From Candidatus Saccharimonadota bacterium (GTDB lineage: Bacteria > Pseudomonadota > Gammaproteobacteria > Burkholderiales > Burkholderiaceae), in NCBI RefSeq assembly GCF_016593155.1, contig NZ_AP023215.1, positions 180,001 through 212,000 on the forward strand: DNA of 32,000 nt, written 5' to 3'. This document shows, in pieces, positions 1 through 11,372 of the stretch (position 1 is its first letter; each line of letters starts with the position of its first letter). The position numbers were made by a program, and so were the translations under genes. Below the pieces are notes generated by a model. It searched no databases. It was given only the letters and a program-made list of their open reading frames with translations, and was not told where the DNA came from.

Positions 1-137
1 CTTATAAAAATTTAACTTTAATTATTTATGATATATAATTATTTTATAATTTACAAAAAATATTATTGATATATTTTTTATAAAATTTATAATATTTTTA
101 TGTCCTCTATTTTTATAAAAATTTTTTTTAAAAAATT

Positions 138-377
138 ATGTATATAAAATCAGAATTTATAAAAAATTATATTTCTTCTTCTTTAAATTGTCTGTATATT
201 GATGTTCAAAGTAAAAATAAACATTTTAAAATTACAGTAGTATCTTCTATATTTTTAAATAAAAATTATGTTGAACGTCATAAAATAATTTATTCATTAT
301 TAAATAAATATATTACAGAAAATAAAATACATGCATTATCTATTAAAACATTTACGCCAGAAGAATTTAAAAATTAA
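138..377 (+). CDS. BolA/IbaG-family protein
   Basis: 79-aa ORF with the BolA-family pattern: HFKITVVSSIF...VERHKIIYSLL......IHALSIKTFTPEE. Its size fits the short IbaG/YrbA-type members. Confidence 0.75.
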   Translation: MYIKSEFIKNYISSSLNCLYIDVQSKNKHFKITVVSSIFLNKNYVERHKIIYSLLNKYITENKIHALSIKTFTPEEFKN

Positions 378-435
378 TATTAAAATTAATTATTTTTTAA
401 AGAATATTTTTTTCAAATGATATACATCATATTCT

Positions 436-1281
436 ATGATAGCTAAAATTATTGATGGAAAAAAAATAGCTAAAAATTATTTTTTAAATATTACACAACG
501 TGTACATAAATTAATTTCGATTGGTAAAAGACCTGGATTAGCAATGATTTTAGTTGGAAAAAATTTGTCCAGTAAAATTTATATAAAAAATAAAATAAAT
601 GCCTGTAAAAAAACAGGTATATATTCTATTTGTAAAAAATATGATTCCAATATTAGTGAATCAGAATTAATACATAATATTAATATTTTAAATGAAAATA
701 CAATAATTCATGGAATACTGGTACAATTACCGTTACCAAAACACATTAATACAATTAAAGTAATTGAGTCAATTTCTAGCAATAAAGATGTTGATGGTTA
801 TTCAATAATTAATTCCGGGAAATTAATGTCTGGTTTACCTGGATTTCGTCCATGCACGTCTTATGGTTGTATGAAAATGATTAAAAGTACAGGTATCAAT
901 ATAAATGGTAAACATGCAGTAATTATTGGACGTAGTAATATTGTAGGAAAACCGATGGCATTATTATTATTAAAAGCTAATGCAACTGTTACAATTTGCC
1001 ATAGCAAAACCAAAAATATTAAAAATTATACAAAACAAGCAGATATTATAATAACAGCCACCGGAAAACCAAACATTATTACCGGAAATATGATTAAAAT
1101 AGGAGCAATAGTCATTGACGTGGGTATAAATAGAGATATTGATAATAAAATACATGGAGATGTTGATTTTTCTAGTACTTTACCAATCGCAGGATTTATT
1201 TCTCCTGTACCTGGTGGAGTTGGTCCTATGACAATTGCCATGCTTCTTATTAATACAGTGGAATCCGCTGAAAAATCTTAA
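436..1281 (+). CDS. folD: Bifunctional methylenetetrahydrofolate dehydrogenase / methenyltetrahydrofolate cyclohydrolase
   Basis: 281 aa. FolD motifs are present: IIDGKKIA at the N-terminus, ILVQLPLP, KDVDG, PCT, GRSNIVGKP, DVGIN, GDVDF and PVPGGVGPMT. Confidence 0.95.
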   Translation: MIAKIIDGKKIAKNYFLNITQRVHKLISIGKRPGLAMILVGKNLSSKIYIKNKINACKKTGIYSICKKYDSNISESELIHNINILNENTIIHGILVQLPLPKHINTIKVIESISSNKDVDGYSIINSGKLMSGLPGFRPCTSYGCMKMIKSTGININGKHAVIIGRSNIVGKPMALLLLKANATVTICHSKTKNIKNYTKQADIIITATGKPNIITGNMIKIGAIVIDVGINRDIDNKIHGDVDFSSTLPIAGFISPVPGGVGPMTIAMLLINTVESAEKS

Positions 1282-1314
1282 AAATTACACTTAATATAAC
1301 TTAAATCATCTAAT

Positions 1315-1749
1315 ATGACTAATATTTATTTTCATAGTAATATCAGTAATAAACTAATTTATACATGTAAATTAATACAAGAATTAATAAAAAAAAATAA
1401 CATTATTTTATTAAATAAAAACTTTAAACAACAAAAAGAATTTGATATAGCATTATGGAATTTTTCAATAACAGATTTTTTACCTCACGTAAACATTAAA
1501 AACATATACGCAAATATCACTCCAATTGTTTTAATTACGGAAATGGATATAAAAAATAACAATATATTTCCACACTATGATACGCTTATTAATGCATCTA
1601 ACGTAATACCAAAAAATTTTACCAATTTCAAAAAAATATTTGAAATTATATCCACTAATGAAATTGATAAAATTTTTGGTCGTAATCGTTATCGTTTTTA
1701 TAAAAATAATGGATATTTTTTAAACCACTTTAAAAATAATATAAATTAA
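1315..1749 (+). CDS. holC: DNA polymerase III chi subunit
   Basis: 144 aa. It aligns by eye to E. coli HolC: FDIALWNFSITDFLPH matches LDEALW......FVPH, and the C-terminal RNRYRFYKNNGYFLN matches RERYKAYRVAGFNLN. The length also matches (E. coli 147 aa). Confidence 0.7.
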   Translation: MTNIYFHSNISNKLIYTCKLIQELIKKNNIILLNKNFKQQKEFDIALWNFSITDFLPHVNIKNIYANITPIVLITEMDIKNNNIFPHYDTLINASNVIPKNFTNFKKIFEIISTNEIDKIFGRNRYRFYKNNGYFLNHFKNNIN

Positions 1750-1767
1750 ATTCTTTAATTAAAAGTA

Positions 1768-2382
1768 TCACAAAAAACAAATGCTAATAGCAATAAACAA
1801 AAAAAAGATAGAAGATATTCTGTTTTGTATTTTAATATTTCTTGATTTTTGAAAAAACGGTCTCAAATAACTAGATGCAATAGCAAACAATAGCATAACA
1901 CTTGCATCTATCATAGTCATTGTTAATGACATAATAATTATTTGTGGACCCATAGGATAAATTGGAGTAAGACAGGATGGTAAGGTTGCAATAAGACAAG
2001 TAATAGCCTTTATATTAGTAATTGTTGTAAAAAAACCACGTATAAAACTTTTTTTTTTACTAATAGTTTCGCGCATATAAGTAGAATCTTTTGTATTAAT
2101 AGAAGATGCGCGCCACATTTGCCACGAGGTATAAATTAACCATGTTACTCCCAATATCTTAATAAGAATTAATATAGCACTTGATGATAACAATAATTCA
2201 GCCCCCTCAGATATAGCTAATATAATTAATGATAAAGCTATTTCCTGTCCAATGATTAACGATAATGTTTTTTTCCATCCATATCTTAAAGCATGATTTA
2301 TTGTTAAAATATTTCCTGGACCAGGAGAAATGGCGGTAATAATAGAAAATACAAAAAAAGAAATCCATGTTTTAAATATCAT
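1768..2382 (-). CDS. LysE/RhtB-family amino-acid exporter
   Basis: 204-aa polytopic membrane protein. It has the N-terminal ISPGPGN motif, ILGVTWLIYTSWQMWR, and FFTTITNIKAITCLIATLP (cf. NL.NPK...F....PQF). Length and layout are typical of RhtB/LysE. The substrate cannot be inferred. Confidence 0.8.
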   Translation of the reverse strand: MIFKTWISFFVFSIITAISPGPGNILTINHALRYGWKKTLSLIIGQEIALSLIILAISEGAELLLSSSAILILIKILGVTWLIYTSWQMWRASSINTKDSTYMRETISKKKSFIRGFFTTITNIKAITCLIATLPSCLTPIYPMGPQIIIMSLTMTMIDASVMLLFAIASSYLRPFFQKSRNIKIQNRISSIFFLFIAISICFL

Positions 2383-2521
2383 ATTTAACTATTAGCTCAT
2401 AAAATGATTGATATATTTTGTTTAACTATTTTAACTTTATTAAATAATTTAAGTACATTATAAGCCAATTTAATAAATATATAAAATATATCTATTTTTA
2501 TTTAAATAATAATAAAATTTT

Positions 2522-4249
2522 TTAAATATTTTTATTTTTTAATAAATTATCAATAATATTTGTATCCACTCGTGTCATTAAATGCTTATACTTATTGATT
2601 TTATGATTTTTCGTTAAAGGTGTAAAAATATTAATCCACTGTAATGGTGAAATATTTAAAAATTCTTCTACTGACTGAGCTAAATTTGGTAAAACCGGTT
2701 TTAAATAAATTGTTAAAATACGAAATGCTTCTAATAAACGACTAGAAACTTTATGCAACTTTTCATGATATATATTATTTTTAGCTAATTCCCATGGTTT
2801 ATTTTTATCAAAAAAAACATTAATAAAATTAGCTTGCTCTATAACTATATATAATACTTTATTAAACTCTCTATTTTCGTAATATTTTTGAATACTTAAG
2901 CCAACAATACGTAATTTTGATAAAAAAATATCATTATTTTTAACCCATTTCATATTAAGATATCCTTTAAAATATTTTTCTATAAAACTGGCTGATCTAC
3001 TGGCAATATTAATATATTTTCCAATTAAATCTGAATTAACACATGAAATAAAATTTTGAGAATTAAAATTAATATCCTCAATTTTATTATTTAATTTACT
3101 AGCAATATAATAACGCAACCACTCTGGATTCATACCAATTTTTAAATAATATAATGGAGAAATTCCAATTTTATTAGATTTAGACATTTTTTTACCATTA
3201 ATAGTCATAAATCCATGTACAAAAATATTATTTGGTATTTTACGACCAGAAAATTTTAATATTGCTGGCCAAAATAAAATATGAAAATAAAAAATATCTT
3301 TTCCAATGAAATGATATTGTTCCGTTTCTGGAGAAGAAATAAACTCATTAAAATTTCGTAATTCATTATATTTTTTTTTAGGACCACCTTTTTCAAAATA
3401 ATTTTTTAAAGACGCTAAATAACCTATAGGCGCATCTAACCAAACATAAAAATATTTTTCTGATGTATTAGGTATTTTTATACCAAAATAAGGTGCATCT
3501 CTACTTATATCCCAATCATTAAGTTTATTATCTTTTTCTAACCATTCTTTAATTTTATTAACTATTTCTGGTTGTAATCTTTTATCATTTATTGCCCATT
3601 GACGTAAAAAATTTACACAACGCTTATCGGATAATTTAAAAAAAAAATGTTTCGATGATTTTATAATGGGTTTTGCCCCCGATAATACTGAATATGAATT
3701 AATAAGTTTAGTAGGTGTATAAACTGAACCACAACATTCACAAAAGTCTCCGTATTGATCTTTTGCGTTGCATATTGGGCATTCACCTTTAATATATCGA
3801 TCTGATAAAAAAATATTTTTTATTGGATCAAAAAACTGATTAATTTTTTTATCTATGATTAATTTAGCTTTATTATATAAATCACTGTAAATTTCCTGAA
3901 CTAAATTAATATTTTCAATACTATCTGTAGAATACCAATTATCAAATTTAATATAAAATCCATCTAAATATTTTTTTCTATTAGATGAAATATTATTAAT
4001 AAATTCTTTAGGTGTCATACCTACTCTTTCAGCAGCAATCATAATTGCTGCTCCGTGCGCATCATCAGCGCAAATAAAATATACTTGTCTTGATTGACCG
4101 TTATCTTGCTGCATACACTGAAAACGCACCCATATATCAGCTTGAATATATTCCATGATATGCCCAATATGTAATTCACCATTAGCGTAAGGTAAAGCAG
4201 TGGTAACAAAAATTTTACGAGCACCTTTACTACTATTGTATTTTTTCAT
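2522..4249 (-). CDS. metG: Methionine--tRNA ligase (short form, no C-terminal tRNA-binding/dimerisation domain)
   Basis: 575 aa. It carries [13 protein letters not shown] (HIGH), KMSKS, and the zinc knuckle [18 protein letters not shown]. It ends after the anticodon-binding helical domain. Confidence 0.95.
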   Translation of the reverse strand: MKKYNSSKGARKIFVTTALPYANGELHIGHIMEYIQADIWVRFQCMQQDNGQSRQVYFICADDAHGAAIMIAAERVGMTPKEFINNISSNRKKYLDGFYIKFDNWYSTDSIENINLVQEIYSDLYNKAKLIIDKKINQFFDPIKNIFLSDRYIKGECPICNAKDQYGDFCECCGSVYTPTKLINSYSVLSGAKPIIKSSKHFFFKLSDKRCVNFLRQWAINDKRLQPEIVNKIKEWLEKDNKLNDWDISRDAPYFGIKIPNTSEKYFYVWLDAPIGYLASLKNYFEKGGPKKKYNELRNFNEFISSPETEQYHFIGKDIFYFHILFWPAILKFSGRKIPNNIFVHGFMTINGKKMSKSNKIGISPLYYLKIGMNPEWLRYYIASKLNNKIEDINFNSQNFISCVNSDLIGKYINIASRSASFIEKYFKGYLNMKWVKNNDIFLSKLRIVGLSIQKYYENREFNKVLYIVIEQANFINVFFDKNKPWELAKNNIYHEKLHKVSSRLLEAFRILTIYLKPVLPNLAQSVEEFLNISPLQWINIFTPLTKNHKINKYKHLMTRVDTNIIDNLLKNKNI

Positions 4250-4617
4250 AAAATATTTTTATAAAATTTAAATAATAAATTATATGATAAAATGTCTTTA
4301 ATTGTTAAAATTTAATTATTAAATTTTATGCATAATAATCAATAATTTTAAATTATTTAATAATTGATAGTAAATAAAAAAAATATTTTAAAAAAATTAA
4401 CTAACGAAAATTATATGAATATTAATAACATTAAATAACATTAATTCTCATAATTTTATCATAAATTTTGATATATTTTTTATAAAATTCTTATTAAAAT
4501 CATTAATTAATATAAATTTATTATACATTTATAATTAATACATATTAATCAAAAAGTTTAATACTTATTAAAATTATTTAAAAAACATTTTTATTAATTT
4601 TTAAAAATTACTTTCAT

Positions 4618-6033
4618 ATGACTATTGTTCGTACTCGTTTTGCTCCTAGTCCAACTGGCAATTTCCATATTGGAGGAATAAGAACTGCTTTATTTTCCTG
4701 GGCATATGCCCGACATTTTAATGGAATTTTTATACTCAGAATTGAAGATACAGATATTAATCGTTCTACATTAAGTGCAACACAAGCAATAATCAATGGC
4801 ATGAAATGGTTAGGATTAAATTATGATGAAGGACCATTTTATCAAACTAAACGCATAAATCGCTATTTTGAAATTATCAATAATTTATTATCTAGTGGTT
4901 TTGCATATTATTGCTATTCTTCTATAGAAGAAATAGAATTATTACGTAAAAAACAACGATCTTCTGGAGAAAAACCTCGTTATAATAGAATTTGGAGACC
5001 AGAACCAGGTAAAATTTTACCATCTATTCCTATTAATCGTAAACCTGTAATACGATTTAAAAATCCTTTATACGGTGATACTACCTGGAATGATCTTATT
5101 AAAGGAAAAATAACTATTTCTAATAAAGAATTAGATGATTTAGTAATTGTTAGATCAGATGGTATACCAACTTATAATTTTTGTGCTGCAATTGATGATT
5201 GGGATATGAAAATTACTCATGTAATTAGAGGAGATGATCATATTAATAATACACCACGTCAAATTAATATATTAAAAGCACTTAGAGTCACATTACCATT
5301 TTATGGTCATTTACCAATGATTATTGACTCAAATAAAATAAAAATTTCAAAAAGAAAAGAAGCCGCTGATATAATGTATTATAAAAAAAAAGGGTTTTTA
5401 CCTGAGGCAATTCTAAATTATTTAGCAAGACTGGGGTGGAGTCATGGAAATGCAGAAACATTTTCAATAAAACAATTTTGCTATTGGTTTAGTGATTTTA
5501 AACATTTATCAAAATCTCCGGCACAATTTAATTTAAAAAAATTAGAATGGTTAAATAATTTTTATATTAAGTCTTATGATGATCAAAAACTTTTGAGTCT
5601 TATTCAACCAATTATAAAGAAAAGAAAAAATATAAAATATAATACTTTAAATTTATTAAAAATAATATCTTTATTTAAAAACAGAATAACCACATTAACA
5701 GAACTAGCGGACATAATAATAATATTTTATTCTACCCCAAAATTACATACTGAATTATTAAAAAAATATATAACAGATATAATAAAATTAGCATTAGTAG
5801 AATGTATATTGCAATTTTCTAATATTACATGGGAAAAACAAATACTAAATATAACTCTAAAAAAGATATTAGAAAAATTTAAATTAAATATGCCGCAATT
5901 GGCAATGCCATTAAGAATTATTCTATTAAACAAATTACAAACACCTTCCATTGATCTAATTTTATCTTTATTTAATCGTAATATAGTACTAGATCGTATT
6001 AAAAATGCTATTAAAAGTTTAAATAATATTTAA
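4618..6033 (+). CDS. gltX: Glutamate--tRNA ligase
   Basis: 471 aa. It carries RFAPSPTGNFHIGG (HIGH variant), the KISKR KMSKS-type loop, and DDWDMKITHVIRGDDHINNTPRQ. Confidence 0.95.
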   Translation: MTIVRTRFAPSPTGNFHIGGIRTALFSWAYARHFNGIFILRIEDTDINRSTLSATQAIINGMKWLGLNYDEGPFYQTKRINRYFEIINNLLSSGFAYYCYSSIEEIELLRKKQRSSGEKPRYNRIWRPEPGKILPSIPINRKPVIRFKNPLYGDTTWNDLIKGKITISNKELDDLVIVRSDGIPTYNFCAAIDDWDMKITHVIRGDDHINNTPRQINILKALRVTLPFYGHLPMIIDSNKIKISKRKEAADIMYYKKKGFLPEAILNYLARLGWSHGNAETFSIKQFCYWFSDFKHLSKSPAQFNLKKLEWLNNFYIKSYDDQKLLSLIQPIIKKRKNIKYNTLNLLKIISLFKNRITTLTELADIIIIFYSTPKLHTELLKKYITDIIKLALVECILQFSNITWEKQILNITLKKILEKFKLNMPQLAMPLRIILLNKLQTPSIDLILSLFNRNIVLDRIKNAIKSLNNI

Positions 6034-6154
6034 TAATAAAAACTTACATATTTAACAAATAAATGCTAAAATATTTTTTATATAATTTAAAAAAATAATT
6101 TCATAAATTTTTATTTTTTATAAATTATAAGGTAAAATATTTTTATAAAACAAT

Positions 6155-6227
6155 GTCCCCATCGTCTAGAGGACTAGGACATCACTCTTTCACGGTGAGT
6201 ACAGGGGTTCAAATCCCCTTGGGGACA
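6155..6227 (+). tRNA. tRNA-Glu (anticodon UUC, 6189-6191)
   Basis: 73 nt that I folded by hand into a cloverleaf. The acceptor stem is GTCCCCA/TGGGGAC with discriminator A. The anticodon stem is TCACT/GGTGA and the loop is CTTTCAC. The T-arm is GGGGTTCAAATCCCC. It is near-collinear with E. coli tRNA-Glu, and CCA is not encoded. Confidence 0.93.
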
Positions 6228-6332
6228 ATTTTAAATACACTAAAATCAAAATATATAAAACTATAAAATAGTTTTATTAAAATTAAATATTTACTTAAAA
6301 AATTTATTTATAAAATTTTTTGGAATTTAGGT

Positions 6333-8858
6333 ATGTCATTTTTGACTAAAATTTTTGGTAGTCGCAATCAAAGACTTCTTAAAGAATATCAAAAAATAGT
6401 ACAAAAAATTAATGAATTAGAATCGGTAATTCAAAAACTTTCTAATGAAGAATTACAAAATCAAACATTAAAATTAAAACAATCTATAAACTCCGGAGAA
6501 ACATTAGACTCCATTCTTCCAAAAGCATTTTCAGTATGCCGAGAAGCTAGTAAACGTATCTTAAAAATGCGTCATTTTGATGTGCAACTAATTGGTGGAA
6601 TTGCATTACATTATGGTAAAATATCTGAAATGCAAACTGGAGAAGGAAAAACATTAGTAGCAACTTTAGCTGCTTACTTAAATTCTTTATCTGGACAAGG
6701 TGTGCACATAGTTACAATTAGCGATTATCTAGCTAAAAGAGACGCAGAATGGATGAGTGTTTTATATAATTGGTTAGGACTAAGTATTGGAATTAATTCA
6801 TCAGAAATATCACATGATTTAAAAAAAAAAGCTTATGCAGCTGATATTACATATGGTACTAATAATGAATTTGGATTTGATTATTTACGCGATAATATGA
6901 TTTTTAATACAAACAATCGCGTACAAAGAAAATTAAATTTTGCTATTTTAGATGAAATAGATTCAATTTTAATTGATGAGGCCAGAACTCCTTTAATTAT
7001 TTCTGGAGAAATTAAAAATAATGATCCCTATCTTTATAAAATAATGAATTCTATTCCAAAATTATTAGTACCCAAAATTAATACAAAAAGTATAAAAAAA
7101 GAAAATATTAAATATACCGAAGAATATACCGGGGATTATGTTATAGATAATGAAACAAATCAAGTTTTTTTAACTGAAACTGGTTATGAAAAATCTGAAA
7201 ATATTTTAATTAAAATGGGTTTGTTAAATAAAAATAAATCATTATATGATACTAAAAATTCTTTTCTTGTTTATCATATATATGCAGCATTACGCGCACA
7301 TATTTTATATCATAAAAATAAACACTATGTAATAAAAAATAATGAAATTGTAATTGTTGATGAATTTACTGGTCGCTTAATGAAGACACGACGTTGGTCA
7401 GAGGGCCTGCATCAAGCGCTTGAAGCTAAGGAGTATCTTAAAATTCAAAACGAAAATCAAACACTTGCTTCAATTACATTTCAAAATTATTTCCGTATGT
7501 ATAAAAAATTATCCGGAATGACCGGAACTGCTGATACAGAGGCATATGAATTTCAAGAAATTTATAAATTAGAAACAATTATTATTCCGCCTAATAAAAT
7601 TAGTAAAAGAAAAGATTTACAAGATAAAATTTATAAAACTATCAAAGAAAAATATCAAGCCATATTAATAGATATAAAAAATTGCTATATAAAAGAACAG
7701 CCAGTATTAGTAGGAACAACATCAATAGAAAATTCTGAATTACTTTCCGATATATTAAAAAAAAATAATTTACCCCATAGTGTTTTAAACGCAAAAAAAC
7801 ATAAACTTGAAGCCCAGATTATTTCACAGGCAGGTCGACCTAAAATGATTACTATTGCCACCAACATGGCTGGACGAGGTACTGATATCATATTAGGTGG
7901 AAATATTGCTAATCAAATTAAAATTATTAAAAAAAATATTTTTTCTAAGATTAAAAAAAAAAATAAAATTAAAAAATTAAACAATGAATGGAGATTATTA
8001 CATGATAAGGTAATTTCCGTCGGGGGGCTTCATATTATTGGAACAGAACGTCATGAATCGCGCAGAATAGATAATCAACTACGTGGGCGCTCCGGAAGAC
8101 AAGGAGATCCCGGATCATCTAGATTTTATCTTTCTTTAGATGATTTTTTATTAAAATTTTTTTCTAGTGATCGTATAAAAATTATTATGGAAAAATTAAA
8201 AATTCCAGAAGGAAAATCTATTGAATCTAATTTTACATCTCGTTTAATAGAATCTGCGCAACGAAAAGTAGAATTAAGAAATTTTAATATTCGAAAACAA
8301 TTATTAGAATATGACGATATTTCTAATGATCAACGTAAAATTATTTATCAAGAACGAAGTAAATTACTTGAATCAAAAAATATATCAGAAATAATAAAAA
8401 TATTACGTTATAATGTATTAATAAAATTATTTTATAAACATATTTCATTAAAAAAAATAGATAAAGAATGGGATATTATTGGTTTAGAGCTAATACTCAA
8501 AAAAGAATTTAAATTAAATATCTCATTTAAAATAATTTTTAAAAAAAAATATAATTTCACAATAAAAGATTTTTTTATAAAAATTTTATATATTTTTGAT
8601 ACAAAATATAAAAATAAAGTTAATATCTTAAATAATAAAAATTTTTTAAATTTTGAACGTGATATTATTTTACAATCTATTGATAAGTATTGGAGAAAGC
8701 ATTTATTGTCTTTAAATCAATTGCGTCAAGGAATTCATTTAAGAAGTTATGCTCAAAAGGATCCAAAACAAGAATATAAAAGAGAATCTTTTAAATTATT
8801 TCATAGAACGCTTGATTTAATTAAGTACGAAGCAATTAAAAAAATAATAACTATTTAA
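6333..8858 (+). CDS. secA: Preprotein translocase ATPase SecA (lacks C-terminal linker and zinc-binding tail)
   Basis: 841 aa. Motifs present: [11 protein letters not shown] (Walker A), [29 protein letters not shown] and [21 protein letters not shown]. It ends at ..[13 protein letters not shown]. Confidence 0.97.
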   Translation: MSFLTKIFGSRNQRLLKEYQKIVQKINELESVIQKLSNEELQNQTLKLKQSINSGETLDSILPKAFSVCREASKRILKMRHFDVQLIGGIALHYGKISEMQTGEGKTLVATLAAYLNSLSGQGVHIVTISDYLAKRDAEWMSVLYNWLGLSIGINSSEISHDLKKKAYAADITYGTNNEFGFDYLRDNMIFNTNNRVQRKLNFAILDEIDSILIDEARTPLIISGEIKNNDPYLYKIMNSIPKLLVPKINTKSIKKENIKYTEEYTGDYVIDNETNQVFLTETGYEKSENILIKMGLLNKNKSLYDTKNSFLVYHIYAALRAHILYHKNKHYVIKNNEIVIVDEFTGRLMKTRRWSEGLHQALEAKEYLKIQNENQTLASITFQNYFRMYKKLSGMTGTADTEAYEFQEIYKLETIIIPPNKISKRKDLQDKIYKTIKEKYQAILIDIKNCYIKEQPVLVGTTSIENSELLSDILKKNNLPHSVLNAKKHKLEAQIISQAGRPKMITIATNMAGRGTDIILGGNIANQIKIIKKNIFSKIKKKNKIKKLNNEWRLLHDKVISVGGLHIIGTERHESRRIDNQLRGRSGRQGDPGSSRFYLSLDDFLLKFFSSDRIKIIMEKLKIPEGKSIESNFTSRLIESAQRKVELRNFNIRKQLLEYDDISNDQRKIIYQERSKLLESKNISEIIKILRYNVLIKLFYKHISLKKIDKEWDIIGLELILKKEFKLNISFKIIFKKKYNFTIKDFFIKILYIFDTKYKNKVNILNNKNFLNFERDIILQSIDKYWRKHLLSLNQLRQGIHLRSYAQKDPKQEYKRESFKLFHRTLDLIKYEAIKKIITI

Positions 8859-8953
8859 AACTAAAAATATTAATTTACTCACAATAAAAATAATGCTAAT
8901 AATTTTTAAAAATTAATCATAAAAAATAATTTTTGTAATTTAATTTTTATAAT

Positions 8954-10057
8954 ATGTTTAAAAAAAAAGTTGTTGTAGGTATGTCTGGTGGAGTTGATTC
9001 TTCTGTTTCTTCTTGGTTATTAAAACAACAAGGATACAAAGTTATTGGTTTATTTATGAAAAATTGGGAAGATAACGACTCAATAAATTGTACTTCACGT
9101 CAAGATTGGATTGATGCAGTTAGTGCTGCCGATATAATTGGAATAGATATTGAAATAGTGAATTTTTCATCAGAATATAAAAAACGTGTTTTTTCTAATT
9201 TTTTATATGAATATAAAGCTGGGCGCACCCCAAACCCAGATATATTTTGCAATTCAGAAATAAAATTTAAAGTTTTTTTAGATTACGCAATGCGTTATTT
9301 AAATGCTGATTTAATTGCAACCGGACATTACGCTCAAATAAAAAAAAATAATAATGGTAAATTTCAATTATTAAAGGCATTTGATCTTAGTAAAGATCAA
9401 AGTTATTTTTTGTATCGTTTAAATCAAAACCAATTAGCACATACTTTGTTTCCCTTAGGAAAAATTAAAAAAAGTCATGTAAGAAAAATTGCTATAAATT
9501 TAAAATTATCTAACGCAATGAAAAAAGATTCCTTTGGAATTTGTTTTATTGGTGAAAAATTTTTTAGAAATTGGTTAAGTAAATATATAAATTATAAACC
9601 CGGACCAATTAAAACAATAGATGGAAAAATTATTGGAAAACATATTGGATTATGTTTTTATACTATAGGACAACGAAAAGGAATTGGATTAGGGGGGATA
9701 AAATCTTATCAAAATAATTCTGGAAAAAGTAAACCCTGGTATGTTGTGCATAAAGATATTATTAGCAATACTTTATACGTACTACAAGATCGCAATCATC
9801 CTTATTTATTTAGCTCTATTTTATTAGCAGAAAAAATTACTTGGATACATAAGGAACCTCCAAATAATTTTTTATTAAATGCTAAAATTCGATATAATCA
9901 TAAAGATACTGATTGTTTTTTATATAAAAATTTTAAAAAAAACAGTTTTATTTTAAAATTTAATACACCTCAATGGGCAATTACTCCTGGTCAATCTGTT
10001 GTATTATATAATAATAATATTTGTATTGGAGGAGGAATTATAAAAAAATCTTATTAA
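8954..10057 (+). CDS. mnmA: tRNA-specific 2-thiouridylase (tRNA U34 2-thiolation)
   Basis: 367 aa. It carries the PP-loop [29 protein letters not shown] and KDQSYFL. Confidence 0.95.
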   Translation: MFKKKVVVGMSGGVDSSVSSWLLKQQGYKVIGLFMKNWEDNDSINCTSRQDWIDAVSAADIIGIDIEIVNFSSEYKKRVFSNFLYEYKAGRTPNPDIFCNSEIKFKVFLDYAMRYLNADLIATGHYAQIKKNNNGKFQLLKAFDLSKDQSYFLYRLNQNQLAHTLFPLGKIKKSHVRKIAINLKLSNAMKKDSFGICFIGEKFFRNWLSKYINYKPGPIKTIDGKIIGKHIGLCFYTIGQRKGIGLGGIKSYQNNSGKSKPWYVVHKDIISNTLYVLQDRNHPYLFSSILLAEKITWIHKEPPNNFLLNAKIRYNHKDTDCFLYKNFKKNSFILKFNTPQWAITPGQSVVLYNNNICIGGGIIKKSY

Positions 10058-10084
10058 AAAATTAAATATCATTTAAAATAACCT

Positions 10085-10429
10085 TATAAAAAAAATTTTG
10101 ATATTATTTTTTAATAATGATTCTCAAGCAACACAACGTGATATAACATAAGCACATCAAGGAAAGAAATGAATCTTCTTAATTAATATGAGTTATTTTA
10201 AAAATAAAATATTAGTAGATTAAGATTCAATAATTCATTATAAATACATAATTAACATTCTATCAGAAATATAACGATATACTAAGATCATAACTAATTT
10301 AGTACTTTAATGCTTCATAGAATACTAAAAATTATAGTTTTAAAAACTAAACGATTTTGCAATTTCAATTTACACTCTTTTCCCCAAAAAAAAGTTGATA
10401 TGAAAAACATTGTAATATTTTATTATCAT
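10085..10429 (-). pseudogene. N-terminal fragment of a second Opp/Dpp-type ABC ATPase (OppF/DppF-like), truncated and stop-ridden
   Basis: Its ATG overlaps the upstream ATPase TGA (ATGA at 10426-10429). The translation is MIIKYYNVFHINFFLGKRV*IEIAKSFSF*NYNF*YSMKH*STKL..., which resembles the vkAvd.vSF.l..GE..glvGESG.GKSTL region. Similarity fades about 30 bp before the mnmA stop. Boundaries are approximate. Confidence 0.5.
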
Positions 10430-11371
10430 TCAATCCAACATATTTTAATAATTCAATAATATATTTTTTTTCTGACTTAATATAACTAAACTATAAGTCA
10501 CTAGGAGGCTTCTCTAATAATTTTTTTTACATAAAATATGAATTTAATACACCCTATAGATAAATTAGATAATAATTAAGGGCACTTAATAAAGAAATTT
10601 TTTATTTTTATAATTAGTGTAAAGAAAAAATAAATCCATAGATATATGGAATATTTTATTTTATCGGACTCAATAATACTACCGAAATAATAACATATTG
10701 TATTCTATACATTAATTAGAAACTATATATAAACATGTGTAATTCAAATTAAAGCGATATTTAATTTATTACAAATTTTTTCATTTTATAAATAATTTAC
10801 TTGTATTGTGACATCTAATACAATTATTGGTTCATCACAAATAATTATATCTGATAAATTTAATAATACTATTGCAATTAAAATTCTCTCTTTGACTCAC
10901 ACTCCTTAACAAGTTGATGTAGGTAAGAATAAAGTCTTTTTTTTGAGGAAGTAATACCAACTTAATAAAAATTTTTTTGGAAATATCAAACGTAGTGGAA
11001 CGACTAATATTATTCTAATAATATTGTTTCAATTATTTGAGTATCTATTCTTAACACTCGATTAAAAATTATCCATTAGATCTTAAAAAAATAATTACTA
11101 TATAATTTCTAAAAATATAACACATTCTTTTTTTAGATAAATTAAATAAATCTTCACCATTAAATAAAATTTTACCTTCCACTATTTGATATAAATTATC
11201 AATTAATATCATTAAATATCCAGTTATGGATTTATTAGATCCAAATTTTCCCATTAAATCATAATTTTACAAATTTTAATGTAAAATATATTTTATTTAC
11301 CATTTTAATTAAACTATTACGAGATAAAAATGTATTTTAAATTTTAAGTCATTAATATAGATTTTTTTCAT
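10426..11371 (-). pseudogene. Opp/Dpp-type ABC transporter ATP-binding protein (OppD/DppD-like) pseudogene
   Basis: The minus-strand reading from ATG 11371 is MKKIYINDLKFKIHFYLVIV*LKW*IKYILH*NL*NYDLMGKFGSNKSIT...EGKILFNGEDLFNLSKK. Walker A GESGSGKS is degraded to GKFGSNKS. HQL of the signature region lies at 10911-10919. NLSDIIICDEPIIVLDVTIQ at 10801-10860 covers Walker B plus ALDVTIQ, followed by ..LNIALI*. There are at least 4 in-frame stops in the first 45 codons. The span is 946 nt, not a multiple of 3. Confidence 0.8.
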
Positions 11372-11372
11372 A

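Noticed and set aside
970-1241. Two track ORFs (970-1155 and 1026-1241, minus strand) inside folD.
   Set aside because: They are antisense shadow ORFs of a strongly conserved folD. They show no family resemblance and have hydrophobic, low-complexity translations.
4039-4224. 61-aa ORF on the minus strand within metG, in an alternative frame.
   Set aside because: It lies entirely inside the conserved N-terminal catalytic core of metG, has no RBS context and shows no recognisable similarity.
4424-4443. Direct repeat AATAACATTA x2 in the metG/gltX divergent spacer, and (CTTATA)x3 at 12501-12518.
   Set aside because: Such short AT-rich repeats are expected by chance at this base composition, and there is no evidence of function.
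4614-5951. ORFs 4614-4802 and 5727-5951 antisense to gltX.
   Set aside because: They are shadow ORFs opposite a conserved synthetase gene, with no independent support.
7685-7891. 68-aa ORF antisense to secA.
   Set aside because: It sits opposite the relatively GC-richer TNMAGRGTD motor motif region, where stop codons are scarce by chance.
11069-11254. 61-aa ORF that could be annotated as a small protein.
   Set aside because: It is the Walker-A to Q-loop fragment of the OppD/DppD-like pseudogene (GKFGSNKSIT...GKILFNGEDL), not an independent gene. The same reasoning applies to 12172-12357 (permease N-terminal piece) and 27528-27818 (hemC fragment).
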